A stretch of 63,071 nucleotides of DNA, the filler included, from Choristocarpus tenellus KU-1152 (lineage: Eukaryota; Protista; Phaeophyceae): the NCBI GenBank assembly GCA_964200185.2. It is 12 parts of 12 records of this genome, joined end to end, with 100 filler letters (N's around TTAATTAATTAA, not from the genome) between each part and the next. Parts side by side here need not be neighbours in the genome. Positions count along the whole stretch, not along the records: positions 39,816 to 51,986 come from CAXNAD020001939.1; positions 52,087 to 57,874 come from CAXNAD020009752.1; positions 57,975 to 63,071 come from CAXNAD020011889.1; 9 more parts are not named here. One strand, given 5' to 3'. How positions within the stretch are numbered: the stretch's first letter is position 1; each line of letters opens with the position of its first letter. The notes under the pieces were generated by a model, which was not told where the DNA came from, did no database searches, and saw nothing but the letters and a program-made list of their open reading frames with translations. Shown here piece after piece: positions 50,864-63,071 of this stretch. The position numbers were made by a program, and so were the translations under genes.

Positions 50864-53800
50864 GTTGACCACGCCCCGTCGTCAGACACGGGCTTTACAA
50901 GGGAGACCAGGGGCTGGGACTCTGTGCTACCCCGATGAAGCCAACACCACAAAACCATAAACAAAATGTATGTTATTTTTTTTATTCCTTTTATTTTTTA
51001 TGGACCTTCGTTTTCTTGAAGTATACAGTATATAAAGGTTTGTTTCCTTGACGGTCACATCCTCTGATCTCCTAATAACATCGCTAAACATGGACGTCTC
51101 TCTTAGTTTACAAGGTGAACCAGTGCTCAAGTGTCTCGTGTCAGACTTATGGAGTGTCATTTGGCACTTATCGCAATCAACTGGTACACAATCTACAACT
51201 ACGAACGATCGCCACGGTCATCGATGACCCTGCCCCAAAAACATATCTAAGCAAGGATGACTTTCACCCCACCAAATTCGACAACAAATCTTCACCACTC
51301 CAGATTGTTGAACCAAAATTTCAACCTACCTAATCAAATATTTGATACATTTTAACCTATAGCCTCGCAACCACCTGTTAAAAAATTGCTTTGAGCTCTC
51401 ACACAAAAAAGGTACGTTTACTAGTTACGGTTCAAAACTATAGCGAGCCAAACCATTTGCGAGGCAGGCAGGTTTCAACCCTTTTGCATTGTAAACCATC
51501 TTCTTTCCCGTACAATGCACTCAATTTCATTGCTTTATGCGCATAATGGTGTACACAAATTTTGATTTTCCCCCTTTCCACACACAAGGTCGCACCACAA
51601 TTAATCCAAGGTTCTTTCCGTAAGGAAAAAAAGTATGTGTTTTTGTCCTTTCTTGGGATCCTTGGAATCCAACCCTCTCTACCTCTCAATGGTTTGGCTA
51701 AGTATTGAGCTTTAAATTCCAATCTACTTCACCCCCTCACTTCCTACCTATTAGTTCCATCACGAAGAAGGGTTATACCCCCAAGGTTGCAAAATGATGA
51801 TCTAAATCAGTATATTACCCGAGAATTTAATCAATACTGTGTAATGGTAGAGGAGGTTTGTGTCAGTCTCTGATTTTCTTCATCTCATGGATATTAGGCC
51901 TCCAACGTTTTTGTTTGGGCTCAAAGTATCTGGGAGGGGGTAGCGGCTGTCCAATTGGGGTCAATTTTTTCATGTCACGATTTTTGNNNNNNNNNNNNNN
52001 NNNNNNNNNNNNNNNNNNNNNNNNNNNNNNTTAATTAATTAANNNNNNNNNNNNNNNNNNNNNNNNNNNNNNNNNNNNNNNNNNNNTCTCGACATGAAAA
52101 AATTGACCCCCAAATGGACAGCCGCTACCCCCTCCCAGATACTTTGAGCCTCTCTCCTCGTGATGTTTATGTACATGTGTTCATGGTCCGCTAGTGGAGT
52201 CAAGTGTCTGGAGCAGACCTCATACGTTGAAATAGATGCCAAATTGAATTTCGCAGGTGCCTCGCCTCCTAGTTCATTGCTATCAACTATGGCCTCTTTT
52301 TTGGGGTGGGAACCATTGCTCGATAACAAATCTCCATCATACAAACAGGTCATCTAGAAGCACTTGATGCAAGGAGACAGGGGCCATTGTGCAGAAAGTG
52401 CTAGTGGAGGTCCAACCGAATAAGGGCCAACTTAACAAAATTGGCAGTAGAATAGTGACGATCCCCCAAGAAGAAAGGAAAAATATAAAAATCATAACCT
52501 GACTTGCCATCAAATCATGTGTTGTACTAATATTGCAATGAGAAGCCATGCCAACTTCACCTACGTCACAACCCTCTTCGACCCACCCCACCCCATCTCT
52601 TCTCTCCTCTTTTCTTTGCACTTGGGATCACCTCTCCACTCCACCAATACACACGGATGGGGTGCTGCTATCGGATCCAGGACAAGAAGGTAGCTGTGGG
52701 TGGAGGGGATGCTTCCATCCGTGTCATTGACATTGTTGAAGAGAAGATCGATGACCACTATTGACGCTGGAGTCTTCAAATTGTACAGAGGTACAGAAGA
52801 GAGTACAGGATACTGCGTTCAAGTACTTTTTAGTACTATTTTGCAATGCTCTATAGTGGGAGCCTATCATTGACAATACCTTCCGTGCCTTTGTACTTTT
52901 GGGGTGTTTAAGTGCAGACAGCAGAGTGCAAAATTTGGCTGGGGTTGTGGGCTGGAGTGGCCCCCCTGGCTGAAAGGTATCACAAGGAGTATTTTATTGT
53001 ACAGGGGTGGCACGCTCACCTGGTCACTGTGATGTTGGTAGTTGTAGACAGGGCGATGTTGTCTAGAACGTTTTTGGATTTTGTGTGAGAGTAGGTGTCA
53101 CAGAATATGACCAACTGACAGAAACTAGAGTTGCTGGAGCATAAGTTATTATGTTTGTTTTTCGAGAAACTTCCTCTATATATGGATGATGAATTTTCAC
53201 TAGGAATGGTGCATGAGGCTGATGAAACAGTTCGGGGTCGACCAATAATATACCATGTAATTTGTTGTAGGGTCCTTTTTTTGTTTCGATCATACAAAAA
53301 TTCTGTGGGGGTTTCACTAGAATATTCACCTGATGAGCTTGGCAATCGCTTGAAATGTACTAAACCTCAGGAGGTGACCAAATCAAACCACACACAAGGG
53401 TGTTGTACTTACTTTCAATAGCCTATCCGCCTTCTTTCTATACATGAACAAAAACACAGAATGAGGGAAAGACAAGAAACACCACTACTAATCTCACTGA
53501 GCCTCCCTCTGGTACCACAGACCCTGTTTCTATAGGCATCATACTCAATGTTGCAGACGTTGAATGAAGGGACTACAGTAGAACTGATCCTCCTACAACA
53601 TATTGTGAAAAAAGAGAATAACTGCAGGTACCAAGAGGAGACAATGCTTGCACCGTTTTGGATATCAAGATCGATGCTATCTTGTCCACGGACTCAACAG
53701 TACATCATATTTCCTCCCTGTTTGCTGGTGTGCACAAAATGCACTTGTCTTTGAACGAGGAACTCTGGTAAAAATGTGCCACTACATGAATCATCTCCTG

Positions 53801-53865
53801 GCATTTCAACAAGTATGCAACTAATACTGTCAAAATAAGATGGACCTATTCTTTTTCTATTCAAC

Positions 53866-56800
53866 TCATTCACTTTTGGAGCTGCTCAATGTTGATGACA
53901 TCTCCTTGGTTTCCGCACTGGACAGCAACCCACCATCCGCAGATTCATGTCCGCCACCTTCAATGGGAGTGAAAGCTGCCTCACTGTTGTGCCTTTCCTG
54001 ATCTTCTAAGTTCTCCCCTTTGTTTCCACCATTGCTTGTGCTGGAGTCTTCAAAATCTAGGTCATCTAGACTATAGTCGTGAGTGACTTCCGACTGCCCC
54101 TGAGAGCGTGGAGTCAACTCCCCATCAGCCCTAATCTCACTGTTCCTATCAATATCCTGCATGTCTCCAAAATGATCATCTGGGCGGTCAGCCTGTTGCT
54201 CTTCCTCATTTCCACAGCCATCTGCTGGATTGATCGTATCACCTACTATAGCACTTGCTTTATCCAAAGATTGGTCAGGTGCAATGTTGCTGCTGCTATC
54301 AGCTGAGTCAAGATTTAGACTGTTGCCTGTGTCACCCATGCCTCTCGGTGAAGATTCAGTTGTTGCTGCATTGGTTATTTCTTGATCAGTGTGTACTGGC
54401 TCCGGGACGTGTTCGCTTCGTTCAGTTGTGTCATTGACTAGCTCACTACTATTGCCTGAATCTCTGTTAATTTCTTGCTGGTGACCCATGTTCTCAGTTT
54501 TTGCTGCCTCTTGTTTTTGACGAGCTACACCCTGTATGATCAAGGCTGCCCATTTCTCCCTGACCTTTTTGTCCAAGGCTTGCTTCGCACCCCTTTGGCG
54601 GACAATGGACTGGATTTTCACTGTGGCACTGTCCTGATAACCCTTGATTCGACGCCTCTCACTGACCTCTCCAATTGCGTGCTTCTTGCGAGCAGCTCCC
54701 TGAATTTGAATAGCTGCGCTGTTCTGGGACTGACGGTTGTTCAACTCCTCTTTGGCAGACTTCTGGCGCCATACACTTTGCACTTTTGTAGCTGCACTGT
54801 CATGCTGGTTCCTGGTGTGTTGGAGCTCTGATGCTAATCTCATGCCTTGTTTCCGCCTTATGTTAGCCTGAAGGACAACAACAGCTTCTCGCTCTGTTGC
54901 ATACTGTTGTTGAGTCCTCTGTTGATGCCTGGTTGCACTCCATCGAAGAATCAACCTTTGGATTCTCTCCATTGCAACCTGCCTCTCGAGAGGATCACCA
55001 GCTCCAGTAGCTTGCTCAGCTAAATCGTGATCAGCCCCCCAGTCTGAAGACTCCCTGGGTGTACAAGGCGCCTTTTCCACGGTTATTTGACTTTCCTTGT
55101 GGTGAACACCATTCCTTTCCAGGTCTATTGAAGCTGATGCCCCCTCTGTTGCAGTCATCTCCCCACTGTCCTCCACACTGAAGTCTTCATCATAGGGTGC
55201 ACTCTGATCATCAGGCCCAGAAAATATGTCCTCCTTGTTGCCTTCCTTCATTTCACCCCTGACTGGTACACTCTGAATGTCATCCTTCGACGAATTGTCG
55301 TCACATCTTGACAGACAATTTCCATCATCGTTGGCACGGCCACTGTGTTGACTGTCCTCACGACTGTTCAGTGTACTTTGCACTATGCCATCGGCTGTCC
55401 CCAGCCCTTCCAATGCTTCCATTCCTCCACAATCTTCTTGGGAAAAGGGAGATGAGGCTCTGTCCTGATTAGCAGAGTCGTTGCTCGAAACAAGATGTGA
55501 GATTGATGCAGTTACGTTTGGGCCCCGTCCCTCCTCTGCAGAGTAGTGACCCACGCCAACCCTAAAGTCGTTGTCCCTCACTTCTGGCTTATCCCTCATC
55601 TCTTCTCCATGCCCGTTTATGCTATGAACAACTTTGTTCAGAGATTCGTCATCTTGATTTAAACTATGGTCATCATTCCTGCCTTTCCATTGACCCTCCC
55701 TACGTTCGCTCTCCAGGAGTTCATCACTTTCCCCTTTGACTGTAGCCTCTCTGTTCTCTGGGTATATGTGCTCCCCTCCTTCCTCACCGTCACAAATCCC
55801 CCTCATCGTCCTTCCCTCAAGCTGTTTTCCCCAACCCTTCCCACCTTCCAAGTCATTGCACCCCAACACACTACTTTCCAATTCTCCACTACAGTGCGCT
55901 ATTGAGGCTGGTTCCCAATTAATCCACTTCTTCCCTTCCGTCTCCTCGTGTTCTCCACACCTTTCCTCTACCTTCCACTCCGACCTGTCCTTCTCCTGAT
56001 TCTCCTTCTTCTCAACATCACATTTGTCATTCCATCCGTTCTGTGACATATTATCTCCCCCCTCCTGCACTTCCCGCCTTTCAGAGTACAGTCTCTCCTT
56101 CACCTCAGGGTTTAGGCCCTGACTCCGACTTTCAAGCTTCTGGTCTTGTCCCCCTTCTTCTTGGGGTATCAAACAAATATCATCTGCTGTCTTAGCTGAT
56201 GGATCTCCGCTCCTAATCACACCCTTTTTGGGGTCTACAACAGGATATCCGTGGTCCTTCTCATACTCCTTCCGAGACTTGGAGACACGAGAAGGACTCC
56301 GCTGTCGAATGGTCATTCCGGGGAGCCACCTCAGCATGGGGATGAAGTATCCCTGGGAGTGGGTGGGAGGAGATCAATCTCTAATAGACCCAGCACAGAG
56401 TATATTCCTTATTCGAGTTCTAAGGCACTATGCACTTCCTCGGGGGGGAAGCAGAGGGCTCAGCTGAACTCTCACCAGCAAGTGTCCTTTCTGTAGGATA
56501 TTATGCACAAGCAACTACTGCCTGCACTGAAACTCCTTATTACAGCATCGGTTGAAACAACTCTGACTCGATATTCAATCATCCAAATTTTTCCATTGCG
56601 AGAAGTTTAATGAAGATCGGGATTTTGACTGTACATGTCACCTTCTGCCGTAGATTTTCCTGCTCCAATTCCACTGTTGCCTGCAGCTTAGATTCTTCAG
56701 TCAGTACCGCTGCTATCTTAACCGTTTTTTCCTTGTATTTGGATGGCGTTTCAGAGCCAAAGTACAATGTCTGGTACTCTGCAATCAAGTCTGTGCTAGT

Positions 56801-57684
56801 TGCATTGGTGCACTTCAAGAACCTCTCCGAGTCACTTGCAATGGGGACAATAATGGGGGACTGTGTCCAAGACCGCATGGGAAGCAAGCATGATGGAGAG
56901 AGGTAGCAACAGCCGTACAAGAATTAAAAAGTGTATCAAAAGTAAATTATGAGAAAAAATGGTGTGGGGTCAGGTCATGGTGGGTAAGTAAGGACTGGAT
57001 AGCAAGAAGTCTCAGGTTTGAAGGCATGATAGTACTTTCTACCAGCCATTTGTGTGCTGTAAATTTCTGCTGAACTAGGGCAGGACATGTTGGGGTCTAT
57101 ATTTTGGGAGAAGAACAATACACAGGTACGTTGTGGGCGCAGTAGTGGACAAATTAAGGAAAGTCAAAAGTACGACAATATTGGTTATTGCTGTAGTAGG
57201 ACATTGAAGAATTGATCATCGATTGAGGTTGGAGTAAAATAGAGAATAAGCGCCAATCAAAACTAGTAGGGCCTAAGAGCTGAGGGCAAGCAACACTTCC
57301 TCCTAGTTCACAGTATGTCAAAGATCAGAGAGAAAACTATACAACACTACATTTTGTATATGCCTGTCTATCTTTTTTGTATCTGATATATACTTGTTGA
57401 CGAAGTAAAAGTTTTCTACCCTGTTTCCCCACATATCTGCATATCGAGAGGTAAGTCTTTCAGTTCAACCTGTGGGATAGCAACATGGAATTGATCCAAG
57501 CTGCTTCTCAAGCAATTGTTCACACAAGGTGTCTCACCAGGTCAGTGACATCTAAGCCGACAGATGCAAGCATTGACTGCCCGGAGTCGGACAGCAGAAA
57601 TTCAGTGTCCTTTGTCATTTTTTCCAAATAATTAACCTCGTGCCAGAAGAATGCACGAGGTTGCCAGAGTTGATTCCTCCAACC
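53866..57684 (-). CDS. Large acidic protein with clustered IQ calmodulin-binding motifs, partial
   Basis: ~2.5-kb exon from 56352 with LQANIRR, VQSVWRQ, IQGAARK, IQSIVRQ and IQGVARQ. Upstream exons 57684-57538, 57469-57420 and 56834-56642 join in phase. 3' end unresolved. Confidence 0.8.
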
Positions 57685-57808
57685 CTGTGGCCACGTTAAA
57701 TATCAGAGATGAACTCTGTTCCTATACATAAATGCTCTAGAGTGACCTCATGTTAAGAAGTTTGATGATGAATACATCTGATGGTATTTAACACGATGCA
57801 AAGATGCT

Positions 57809-57874
57809 GAATGGAAGTATCTTAGAGGGTACGAGTTTTGCCCTGTTTGTCCATTTGGGGCTTGGCTCCCCATG
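57809..57874 (-). mobile_element. MITE family A terminus at contig end
   Basis: AAGTATCTTAGAGGGTACGAGTTTTGCCCTGTTTGTCCATTTGGGG. Confidence 0.85.
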
Positions 57875-57974
57875 NNNNNNNNNNNNNNNNNNNNNNNNNN
57901 NNNNNNNNNNNNNNNNNNTTAATTAATTAANNNNNNNNNNNNNNNNNNNNNNNNNNNNNNNNNNNNNNNNNNNN

Positions 57975-58078
57975 TTGACACTTCCTAACAAACATGATAG
58001 CCAAATTACATCAAAATCGCAACATTATATTTCGACCCCCAAATGGACGCAGCTCTACCCTCTAAGATACTTTGGCTC
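57975..58078 (-). mobile_element. MITE family A terminus at contig start
   Basis: CCCCAAATGGACGCAGCTCTACCCTCTAAGATACTTTGGCTC, followed by flank ACT. Confidence 0.88.
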
Positions 58079-58265
58079 ACTCTCTTACGCCTTGTACATT
58101 CAAGCACCTTCAGAGACTTCCTGGTCCATTATGGATATATTTTGCATGCTCCATGGTGATTTGCATCAGAGTGCCTTCATAAACTACTCTCAGTAGTGTA
58201 CATGCCTGTCCTGTGTGGCTGATCTGTTCTCCCCACCTTGTCTCAAAATGAATTTGGTTGTTCAG

Positions 58266-58421
58266 GTGGTCACAAAACGCAAATCTGTCCTGCCACATAA
58301 GTTGACCTATGGCAAGCGCAGAGGTGCTGTGGCTATGACAGTGCATGATTTTGATGTGGACTCGGAAGATGACCCCGAGGAGGATGATCTACCTGCCAAT
58401 GACCAACAATCACAAGAATGA
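58266..58421 (+). CDS. Possible terminal exon of an unknown protein
   Basis: TTCAG acceptor, then VVTKRKSVLPHKLTYGKRRG...acidic tail and a stop. Confidence 0.35.
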   Translation: MVTKRKSVLPHKLTYGKRRGAVAMTVHDFDVDSEDDPEEDDLPANDQQSQE

Positions 58422-59881
58422 TACATGATTACACTATCGGGTACATAAACTGTGTATGGCGTGTTGTACAGCTTTGTATGGATAGCGTCTTACTAATAGA
58501 GTGGAGCGCAGGTGCTACATGTCTAGAACACAATGGCCCCACTAGAGGCATTTATTTGTGAGGTGCACTGATGAATATGTCGAAACACGAGTCATGGTAG
58601 AACCTACAAATGGGGAAAGTTTACTTGAACATCCTCTTCAAGAACAATGTTCATAGTTGTAGACAGATTAAACCTTCGTTGATCTGCTGCTGCTACAAGG
58701 ACTCTGCCCTCAGTAGACTTTCAGTATGGACTCCATAATCCTTAACAAGATTGAAGAGAGCTTTTGGTAAGTCTCGGATAATGTAAAGGTCAAGAAATCC
58801 GAAATAATCTCAATACCAATGCCTTACATACATGTATGAAATCCTTCTCTTGTGTCTCTATGCTGTTCTCTACTCATGGCTCGATTTGGTAATCCTGAAC
58901 CTATGTAAGGCGAACATGTGTGGTATATTTTGCAAGCCTTCATCAGGGATGGCCTTGTCCTCAACAGGGTTGATGTTCAGGGGTTGTTGGCTTCAGTTGG
59001 CTTTGTAGCTCATGTTGAAATGTCTTTGTACAACAGTACATATGCTTTTTTTGATGGGTGGGGGTGGGGCGTTAGGTTCAGGGTTGGATTCGTGAAGGGA
59101 AAATGCTATAAAGAGTAATAATTATAAAGGCAAAACTCAGTGCATCTGGGGGTGCAGCTTATTGCCCATGTTGAGTGCGTGGAGCATATACAACAATGGT
59201 GCACTTAGTAGTTCTGTTAAGACAAAATATTACCAGTACTCTGAACTGTGTTCGGATGGAAGTCCTCTGCTGTATCTGAGAACTGTCAGGATTTCTGATT
59301 GTTTTTCAGGCATGGGAATGGGGTGTCAGAAATTCTTGGAAGACCAAACACTAGTAATCGAAGTTTAGAATACCACGACTCTTCCCAACCTGGTGATTCT
59401 CTTCACCATCCTTGTCTGATTGAACTGTGGTTCCTCAGAATTGCATGATATATACTGCAGTCTTCTTGCACTTGAGGTGATGAGGGGGACTTCAAACCAA
59501 CAGCTAGTTTGCTCCCATAATTCTTGCCTTACCAATGCAACTCCACCACGTATCCTTCTGGGGTTCACTTCACTTCACACCAGATTGTGGAAGTCTTCAT
59601 TGAGTGCCCATGTGCTGCCTGTAATGGATGGAATGACAGCACTGGAGGAGACCTGTGTTTCCTGTCTGCACATGGTTATTTGTCTCACTCAGAGTGCAGC
59701 TTCTTCCCAGTCAGCTGCAGGTTGATATTACCAATACTTGATGAAGACCTACTAAGTATAAATTGCAGTTTGAAAGAAGTACGATTTCAACTGAAGGAAT
59801 GCATTGCATGAACAAGGTGCATAATCACTCGCAGAAAACCCCACTCAAATATACATGAGAAAATCACAGAGCTACACTTCC

Positions 59882-61088
59882 TCATCCCCCCCCTCCCCCC
59901 ACGACAAACCCGCTGAAGCCCTCGTCTTCTGCAAACAGGTCCCGTGCCCACTGGGATCGGGACACGCCTGTGTGATAATCTACCCGCATGCGAACAAACT
60001 CCTTGAGCTCATCCCTCCCCATGTCCGCGAGCCGCCCCTGGTCCATAAGCGAGGCAAGATTATCTGGAGGGACAACAAATAGATTGATGACCTCACGCAG
60101 CTGATTGATAGCAGCAGTGACCTCCTCACACTTGAAGTTCCCCATCACCTCCTGTAGTTAAGAGGTGAAAAATGGATCGGATTGAGATGAACTCTTTTAA
60201 CACCACTGCCATGACTCTACTCTTAACAGGATGAGCAACTTCATTCATGTATATATCACGGGGGCAAACTCACTGGGAGGGTAAAAATTGTCAACATGGT
60301 TCTACCCCCCCCCCCAGGCAATCAATTTCTAGCTCAGACCACAAGCCGTAAGTTTATATTGCACCCGGATAACACGACTGCTTCTAATGACCTTTGTACA
60401 CCAAAGTGGTGCAGGAAAGAACGATACCAACCCTAACCCTATACCTGTAAGCGGTTTACATCATTTGTCAGTATGAAGGCACCAATGACGTTAACCTTGG
60501 TCTTCTTGATGTGTTCCACAAACAGGCGGTGTACCTGTTTGAAATCGAGTCAAATGAAGCAGGAGGAGGCAACTGCCTTTGGAGGGCGGTATCGTCGCAG
60601 TGGCACTAAACTCAAAAAACGATAGATGGGAATGAGACAATTCAAATCAAGGGAGAAATTTCCAGGCAAAGGCGATAGCAGGTAGATGGAAATCAGGGTA
60701 AAAAGAAAAGAGTAATGGTATTGGTACCACTGTAGAATGACACTAGGAAATGGAATGCTAAAGGCAAGGTACACCCTTCCTGAAGCATCCATGAGAAAGA
60801 CCGTTCAAGACTGATATAGAGTGACACAAGCGGATGAGTTAAGACCAGCGGTTGACTGAACCTTTACAAAGAATATTCCTCAAAGGCCAAACTGATGCGA
60901 GCATAAAACCCCTAACCCTATATAACCCTAACCCTAAAAACCAACACGCGTACAGAAAGAAACGACGGAGACACAAGATACTGAACACATTACTGATGCA
61001 CACGTAACCTAAATCTACACACATGCACCAAATCAGAGGCGCTGACAGAGAGACAGATAGATAGACCGGCAAACAGTCAAACAGTCAA

Positions 61089-61120
<32 letters not shown>

Positions 61121-62781
61121 ACAGGCAGGCAGGCAGATAGATGCACCTTCATTCCCACCGTGGCCCAAATACCCCTCAGGTCCATATCTGTCAAGCATTC
61201 GGTGGCCAATAAGAACTGGTTATGGAGAACGGTGCAAACCACCTTTCAAGAGCCATTGGAAAACAAACAAACGGGTTTATGAGGGGGTCACCGAGAGGGG
61301 GGTGAGAGATACGTATGTACCACAACAAGGCGCCTGCAAGTCCTCTTCATGAACAAGTTATCAATCAACTGCACAAAAAAATACCACTCACTCAACAAGT
61401 AGCGATCAGGTATTGACTCGAGAAAAAAAAGAGTTAGGATTATTTATTTTTTTTAAATACGATCCATCGTCATCACCCCCATCAACAAGGTGGGCACACA
61501 CACACACACACACACACACGTTTCGGTTGTGTAAATATATTTACATTTGGAAGGGAGAAAAAAAAAAGAGCTCTGTGTTTGCCGGTACCCTTTAGCGTCA
61601 TTCAAAAATCGGAGGGGAAAAAAACAAACCAGAAAAAAGGTGTAAGAACAATGAAGCAAAGATACCGTGCAAATAGTACTAGTGACGTATGTGGACCTTG
61701 AAGTGAAAAAAAACCTTCTTTCATGAAACCTCCTTACGCACAAGCAACTGGAAGTGAGGCTCTTGGACACGTTTACATCACTCATGCATGTACTGGCATG
61801 ACTATGTCACTCAATTGAGTCGTAGAAATTTACCCAAGGTTCATTTACAAAGGCAGGGTGTGGGTGGAGATAGGTTTGGCCAACAAAACTCCCCAATTCC
61901 ATGAAAAAAGGAGGACCTTCTCTCGGGCTGGTCCTGACCGGATGCTTTTCTAATCAGGATTTGGTGAGGAGTGGTGGAAAAATGGACAACAATCAGGGGG
62001 TTCTTGCATATGACATTTAAAATCACCTGTTCAGGTTTTCAACAGAAGGGCATCTATCGCAAGAAGTGCACAAAAGGTGTTTTATGTATTACATGTGCAA
62101 CCGGTAAAGAACATGAAGCTTTATTTCTTAAAAAAAAAGAAGCACTGTGCTCAGCATACACTCTTGCATCTCATAACACACATGTATCCTTTTACCTGAA
62201 CAACTTCCGAGAAATAGCAAAGAAAATTCTTACGGCAGGCGAAGCGCGGACATAGTGTCTGACCATCAAAGGGCTCTACTTAGTCGAGGCATATATCAGA
62301 CCAAGAAAGTTACCTTTTACCTTCCAATTTCTCACTGATTGCAACTCCCCTCCTCCCACCAATCACACAAAAAATGAGACCCGACCTAATACACACACAC
62401 CTACAAATGGGTAAACACATGCATAACACACACACACACACACATGAAGAAATGTTCCAAGGGATAACCTCAGTCAAGGCCGTGCCAATGCCAATGCCAA
62501 TGCCAATTACAGCGCAGAGAAACATTTTTTTTAACACTCAGAGCCAGAAGAAGGGCACTGGAATGGGGGGTGGGGGCAGCAATCTACACATAGACATTAT
62601 AACACGAAGGCAATGTACAAGTGACAAATGGTGCACATGCCTTGGTGGTGCGAGTGACTTCTACCAAGGCAGAGTCCTCTTTGGGGCAGTAGTCACTCTT
62701 GTTAGAGCGGCTGGAGAGCTGCCGTTCCGTAAACGCCACTATGAGCTCCAATGCCCGCTGTAGGACCTTCTCCGTGGATGC
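59882..62781 (-). CDS. SEC10: Exocyst complex component Sec10/EXOC5-like, 3' exons
   Basis: Exons 61242-61147, 60534-60445 and 60151-59882 join in phase; an upstream exon starts at 62781 (donor unresolved). Sec10 C-terminal pattern KSDYCP..T.AC / EHIKKTKVNVIGAFILTNDV / NLFVVPPDNL / FVRMRVDY. Confidence 0.75.
61091..61137. repeat. (AGGC)n microsatellite in the SEC10 intron
   Basis: About 11 AGGC units. Confidence 0.9.
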
Positions 62782-62962
62782 CTACGATAGAATAGAACAC
62801 AAAACAGTCACAGCACATAACGAATAAACCCCCCTTCATTATCTCACACACAATGATAGGTCAACAGGAAAGACATCTCACTTCGAGACCTCGCACAGGG
62901 ACGTATTATGTGCATGCTTCTACAGAGGTTGATATACTTCTTCTTGAATGGAAAATGTCCCT

Positions 62963-62997
<35 letters not shown>

Positions 62998-63071
62998 TCC
63001 CCCCACAAACCAGCAAATACACAAAAAAAAAAAAAAAAACCACACAAGGAAAAAAAAAACACAACAACGAA

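Noticed and set aside
51918-52150. Two MITE B ends facing each other across a spacer as one element
   Set aside because: The flanks (TTG versus TCT) do not form a TSD and contig order is not informative.

Overview
Eukaryotic nuclear DNA with intron-rich genes and many repeats; a photosynthetic stramenopile, plausibly a brown alga (inference). The window is not contiguous. It is 12 short contigs joined by 11 artificial 100-nt spacers (N44-TTAATTAATTAA-N44), so adjacency across spacers means nothing. Two complete spliced genes were rebuilt by hand. One is RPS3 (7 exons, minus, 225 aa). The other is a 9-exon, 591-aa plus-strand protein with a putative bipartite plastid presequence, an unknown beta-rich domain, a CGL160/Atp1(UncI)-like membrane module and a divergent guanylate-kinase domain; this fusion is the best novelty candidate. 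Also present: tRNA-Phe(GAA), and partial genes for SEC10/EXOC5, a DHHC palmitoyltransferase, an ankyrin-repeat protein, a multi-IQ protein, a coiled-coil protein and an SMP-30/regucalcin-like protein. Mobile DNA includes a TA-flanked foldback element, several MITE families, PIF/Harbinger and mariner transposase remnants, RLE-type (CRE-like) LINE tails and two unclassified decayed multi-ORF blocks. All domain calls come from motif recognition by eye; no searches were run.
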